Positions 59,401-64,000 of a stretch of DNA of 64,000 nucleotides are shown here, piece after piece (the first letter of the stretch is position 1; each line of letters begins with the position of its first letter). The stretch lies in assembly GCA_043228905.1 (NCBI GenBank), contig JBHGNT010000009.1, positions 15,934,001-15,998,000 of the forward strand. The letters are read 5' to 3'. The notes below the pieces were generated by a model. The model saw only the letters and a list, made by a program, of their open reading frames with translations, searched no databases and was not told the DNA's origin. The position numbers and the translations under genes were made by a program. The DNA is from Azolla caroliniana. Lineage: Eukaryota; Plantae; Polypodiophyta.

Positions 59401-62400
59401 CACTGATGGTCATACAAGCCTGATTTGGCAGACCAAGTCTCCTCTGATATGCCACCTTAAGTGAATTGTGTGGGGATCAATGAATAATATGTACTGCAGT
59501 TTGTAAAACCTCTCCCCAAAATGCATGATGGAGATTAGCTGCAGACAACATACATCAAACCCTTTGACATAATGTCCTATTGTATCATTAAGCCATACCA
59601 TTCGATGTTGGATTGTAGGGAGTTGTAAGCTCTCTTTTAATTCCATTTTTTGCACAAAAAATTGTAAATCGAATATGCCAATTACTCTCCTCCATTGACT
59701 ATCGTCAGACATTTCAATTTAAGACCTGTTTGAGTAGTGGTAAATGCATGAAAGTTTTTGAACACAAGAAACACTTCAGTCCTTAACTAAATACACCCAA
59801 CACTTTCTAGTTTCAGTTTCAGACGTATTTTGAGTTGTAATATATGCATGAAAGTTTCTAAAAGCATCAAACACCATAGTCTTATCCTCTACTAAATACA
59901 CCCAACACTTTTTGGAGTAATCATCAATGAAAGTTATGAAATTTAAGGAGCCTCTTGAGGATTTAGTAGAATTGTACATAAAACAAAGTGTAAGTGGTGG
60001 TATTTTACTTAAAGAACAAGTACAATAAGAACTCTTTACTTGTTTTACATTAGTGCAGTCATTGCAAAATTTAAGCTTGTTAATTTTGGTCCCTAACTTA
60101 TGAGAAGAGAGTAGAATGTCCAAGGCTTTTTGGCTCATATGGTTTTAACCTTTTGTGCCACAATTCGACTTCATTTTCTGCTTCTGCAACTGCAATGAAT
60201 CGACCACGAAGAGCTCAACATGAGAGGCAATAGAGTGGACCTCTCTTGCTTCTCTGGGAAATGAATCTTGAATCGCATACAACCTTCCATGCTCCACTCG
60301 TGGAAATTGTGGAATAACCCTGTAAATCAAGCTGACCCACAGACAACAAGCTCTTCTTTATCCCCAGAACAAAATGAACTTGGTCTAGTTTCAGCTCGTG
60401 ACCATTCTCCATGGCCACACTAGCAATGCTAAGGCCTTCAATGTTGCAAGAACTGTAATTGCCAAGATAAACCGTCCCAAAGTTAATTGTGAAAAATGAA
60501 AGAAAGCACTCCCTAGAAGGAGTGCAATGAAAGGAGGCACCATAGTCAATTATCCATGTCCAAATAACATAATCTTGTACTAATAGCAATGCATTTACTA
60601 AAGCTATATCAATAATTCTGATATCTGAGCATGTCTTTTGTGTCAAGAATCTCCTCAATGATGACATCAATGACTATATTTTCCTTCGTTTTCTCTTTTC
60701 CTTTGTTGTCCCCAACATCTTTCTTTTCTGTTGTATCTTTTTTATTCTTCTTTTTTCTTTCCAGGTCTTGTTTGTAAAATCTACAGTCAAGCTTTTTTAT
60801 GCCCTTTACAGCTATTTACTTAGAAATATTTATTTTATTTTGATTTGTTGTTCTCAAAGACAAAACACTTACAATGGAATCTCTTGTTTGGCCATATAGG
60901 CCATTTTGGCTCTTAAAAGACGTTAATATATATATATATATATATTATTTCCCCTTGCTTTTACATTTGTTCTTTATTTGTTGCAACTCTCCCTCTTGTT
61001 ATGTTAGTAGAACTAGAAGACTCCCCAGCTATTCTTTGACAAATTTCTTCATCAAGGATCTCTCCTCTAACTCCATCAAATGTAATGCTTACACTATTTG
61101 GGAGTGAGACTCCAGGAGCCTCCCATGTTTCAAGCAATGTCATGAGTAAGAAGATTGCCTTCATTTTGTCGTGGAAGATCTGCAATCCCACATCTTGATG
61201 CTGATTGATTAGCCATTGAATGTTGAAATGTGTTTGGCTGCAGACTTGACATCTTCAAATCATGCATCCGTGAGCCTTCTCATCAAGTGAACTTTATTCA
61301 TTGCAATGGTTGTCTTCAGTTTGTTCCATACCTCATGACCACTAGTCAGCCCCTTGATATTTACTAAAACTTCACTTGATACGACAATGTAAATGTGGGT
61401 ATTCACCTTACAATTGAGCAATTCCAAAGTTGCATCATAGCTGATTTGTTTTCCTCCAAATCTTCTACACATCCTTGTAAGTAAAGTGTGTTTTCCATCA
61501 TACATACCAGCTGATTTGTTTTCCTCCAAATATTCTACACATCCTTGTAAGTAAAGTGTGCTTTCCATTCTAACTTCCATAAGTCAAATCCATTGTCTTC
61601 GAATTTCCTGATTTCTACCCCAACACTGGCATATGTATTTGCCATGGTAAAAGGAATACAGCACAGACACAGACAAAACTCCCACTTATTCAAGGTGGAA
61701 GACTAAGGAATTGAGCTCTTGAAAAGATGCAATGCTTGCTAGAACTCAAGCAACATAACTTTAGAAAGAAAGAATATATTAATGTATTTTAAGAGGCCAA
61801 AAGGGCCTATAAGACCAAACACAAGAGATTCCTTCTTAAAATGTTATCTCATCTTTGAGAATAGCAAACAAAAGTAAACGTAACTAAATATAAAAATAAA
61901 CATAATTAGGAATGAGACGTGACTAAAGAATATCGTCATCTATACATATAAGTAAAATATATCGTACTTTTTGTCTTTGAAAGATCTCTAGCATAGGTCG
62001 AGCCAAAATGGAGAGGTCTTCGAAGCGAGAGAAGCATTTGCATTGGCAGAGATAATAGCCTTTATCTGTCAATAACAAAGGTGATTGGATCGTGGTCGAT
62101 GAGTACAGATCCTAAGTGCAAAACAAATTGCTATTGCCTGATCTATTGTAACACCTTTGTAATGTCCTAGTTGGGGGCCCATTTGTGTAGCCCTTGATTG
62201 AATTGTAGCATGAGTGGGAGTGATAGGGCTAAAGGAAGTTGTGATTATTCTTTGTCGATGAGCTTTTGTGGCTGTATTGTGGTCTTCCAACAATATCTTC
62301 TTGTGTCTCTTTAGTTCTAGCAAGAAATGCCCCAAGCACCATTGGTCCTCATTTTCTATTGCCTTGCATAGTGGGCAAAAGCCCTCCTATTGTTTAATCC

Positions 62401-63623
62401 CTCCTATGTCTTAAACCCCATAATTGTTTTTAGTTTCTATATCTCTACCTATAGATATTTCAGAAAACTGTCATTCTATCTTCTACTTCCTTACAACTGG
62501 TATCAGAGCAAGCGTTGAATCCTCCCAGGATCTCCATTGTTTAGTCACGCCTTTGATAAAGTGCCTGATGATAAGTCTTTCTTTGATGTGTGTAAAACGT
62601 CTCTTATTGTGGGCCATCTTCCTACCAAGAGATGTTGTAGGGCTGATCCATGTTATTCAGTTTTCCAACTCGATATCAGTTTGGATCACTCTATTCTTTT
62701 CCAACAAATGCTGATGTGACAGCTCAGTTATGGCCTCATAAATACATAATTAAGTCCGACTGGGAATATTGTCCAAGGGTCACATTCAGTGTACAACATT
62801 TTATTTTAGGATTTGTACTACAATTCTGGAAACGAGACTGTACAATTCTAACAGATATCAGAAAATTTTAATTATATAAAAAATATTTTTCTGGTTTGTT
62901 AGGAGCAACCTAAGGGCCATCAATCCCAACAGCCTTCCTTGTAATCGACAAAACAAAGCTATTATCTCCCACCATTGCATGTGCTTCCCTACCTTTCAGA
63001 GATCTCTCCATTTTGGACTGGCCTATGCTAGATACCTTTCGAATTAAAAAATTATGATCTATCTGACTTGAGAATCTCAAATATATAGATAACAGGATTC
63101 TTTAGTGCTTAGCTTATTTTGTTACGATTGTTTTGGTTTGTTGTTCTCAAAGATGAGACCACATTCTAAGGTATAATCTATTGTTTCATCTTATAGGTCA
63201 TTTTGGCCTCTTAAATTATGTTAATATATCTTTCTTTATTTCTGATAATATGCAGAATGAAGAGAAACTAATATATAGTGTACCATCTTGAAGTATCATA
63301 TGCATTATAAAAGCCGGATAAGAGAAGTTTGATATTTGGAAATGTACATGATAAATCACCTGCCCTTTACACTATTCATGCACGTCATCTGAATGTATCC
63401 TTTTCTTTTTTTATAAACTACTTGTTTCAGCTGGCTATATAGAATATCTGGCCAATTTTCCCAGCTTTATTTTAATTAACTTGTCTGCTTGCATCACCAC
63501 ATGGTTTGGGAAGATTAGATTAATCTTTTGTCAATGATTTATTTGCAGAATGCTGAATAACAATAATTTTACAGGAGAAATCCCTAGTTCACTAGCGAAT
63601 ATTGCCGACAGTCTGACTAATCT
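50111..63623 (+). CDS. Host LRR receptor-like kinase, SERK/LRR-II type, 5' part; exons 50111-50124, 50227-50309, 57737-57869, 57962-58033, 58352-58495, 63549-63623; continues beyond window
   Basis: GT-AG spliced translation MASPSFCIAFLFLSSLMLLQFTWLCTAPSNSEG/NALTVVKSLLQDPQGRLSSWDANLVDPCSSWQGVTC../ALPMCGLSGTLSSAIASLPELRTL/ILQDNNISGYLPNELGNLSNL../MLNNNNFTGEIPSSL; exon sizes 133/72/144/75 match SERK-like structure; kinase domain not seen. Confidence 0.9.
50361..50408. repeat. (TA)n(CA)n compound microsatellite, intron 2
   Basis: Direct reading. Confidence 0.95.
50700..52030 (-). mobile_element. Highly degraded LINE RT remnant in intron 2
   Basis: Minus-strand VDFHKGFD-like motif near 51380-51410; boundaries approximate. 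Confidence 0.5.
53040..54040 (+). mobile_element. Degraded LINE ORF1-like remnant; second inverted copy at ~54060-54366 and 56089-56290
   Basis: DENLTPTQVAHCKEK..VLDARKEGKWVVHRDGKVII near 53880-54030; nucleotide match between the two copies. Confidence 0.55.
54367..56088 (-). mobile_element. Defective hAT-like DNA transposon (BED finger and DUF659-type transposase fragments) with long inverted arms
   Basis: YKPPSSFQL, IFLRSVDTS, VLQVCMYNASNC, HYLGLLFEDIGK; arms 54433-54710 and 55719-56082; 8-bp CTTCTAAT/CTTTTAAT flanks. Confidence 0.75.
56590..56800 (-). mobile_element. LINE ORF2 C-terminal remnant
   Basis: TSSHQFEIEVGRYARIPLEERI.QLC..VES motif typical of non-LTR C-termini. Confidence 0.6.
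58700..61650 (-). mobile_element. Old degraded Ty1/Copia remnant in intron 5
   Basis: gag fragments (HEVWNKLK, IFLLMTLLETWE), WIIDYGASFHCTP, LLSVGQLD, FITFIDDYSKKCWVYLV; no LTR pair resolved; boundaries approximate. Confidence 0.75.
61439..61570. repeat. ~70-bp tandem duplication in the old Copia gag
   Basis: CTGATTTGTTTTCCTCCAAAT..GTAAAGTGTG at 61441 and 61511. Confidence 0.85.
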
Positions 63624-64000
63624 GTAAGTCTTTCATTAACTAAGTGTCAGACACAATAAAATGGTATTGAACTGCTGGTAAGGTAGGACTTGGGGTTATA
63701 GATTATCTGATTGTAGAAATTTTAGGCTACTTTGATTGTTTTTCATTGTAGCAATTCATCATTTATATTGAGCTCATCTTTTTCTGAAATGTCTGAGAGT
63801 ATCATGTCTGAGGTGCACAAATAAAAAAAGATAGAAACCTAGAAAATGTAAAGCATGTCGGAAGTTGACCTTTGGTCTCTACAAAAAGATTGTAAAGATA
63901 AGACTGATGATTGATTGTATTTTGTGTGAAAGCATCTGTAAATCTTGGATTTGGCCTGTGCTTTTGGATGCTCAATTGCATTGACATTGGGGCACATGTG

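Noticed and set aside
62498-62509. TGGTATCAGAGC PBS suggesting another LTR element
   Set aside because: Likely an LTR+PBS relic, but no gag, second LTR or TSD could be found; boundaries unsupported
50111-63623. Assigning the symbol SERK1/BAK1
   Set aside because: SPP motif, transmembrane and kinase exons are outside the window; the subfamily within LRR-II cannot be fixed

Overview
Eukaryotic, land-plant genomic DNA. A non-seed plant such as a moss, lycophyte or fern is inferred from the retroelement lineages; this is not proven. The first ~49.4 kb is a resolvable nest of LTR retrotransposons inside a degraded LINE. The LINE hosts Copia B (minus) and Copia H (minus). B hosts Tork/Tnt1-like Copia A and Tcn1/sushi-like chromovirus C. 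C hosts Copia G and Athila-like Gypsy D, and D hosts Copia F and a Ylt1-like Gypsy E. Paired LTRs and TSDs can be read for C, D, E, F, G and H. Removing C, D, E, F, G and H restores the host reading frames. From ~49.5 kb the window holds the 5' part of a host LRR receptor-like kinase gene of the SERK/LRR-II type (6 exons seen), with 7.4-kb and 5-kb introns full of old TE debris. Highlights: (1) element E looks fully intact, with a 4-bp TSD, an 18-nt tRNA-Trp PBS, a -1 frameshift after the protease and a D-H-G protease motif; (2) element C has a Tf1-type self-priming PBS complementary to its own predicted transcript 5' end; (3) element D carries a ~900-aa extra sense ORF after pol; (4) several unrelated elements are strongly enriched in CCGG, including copy-number-variable CCGG arrays in the LTRs. 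All counts were made by eye.
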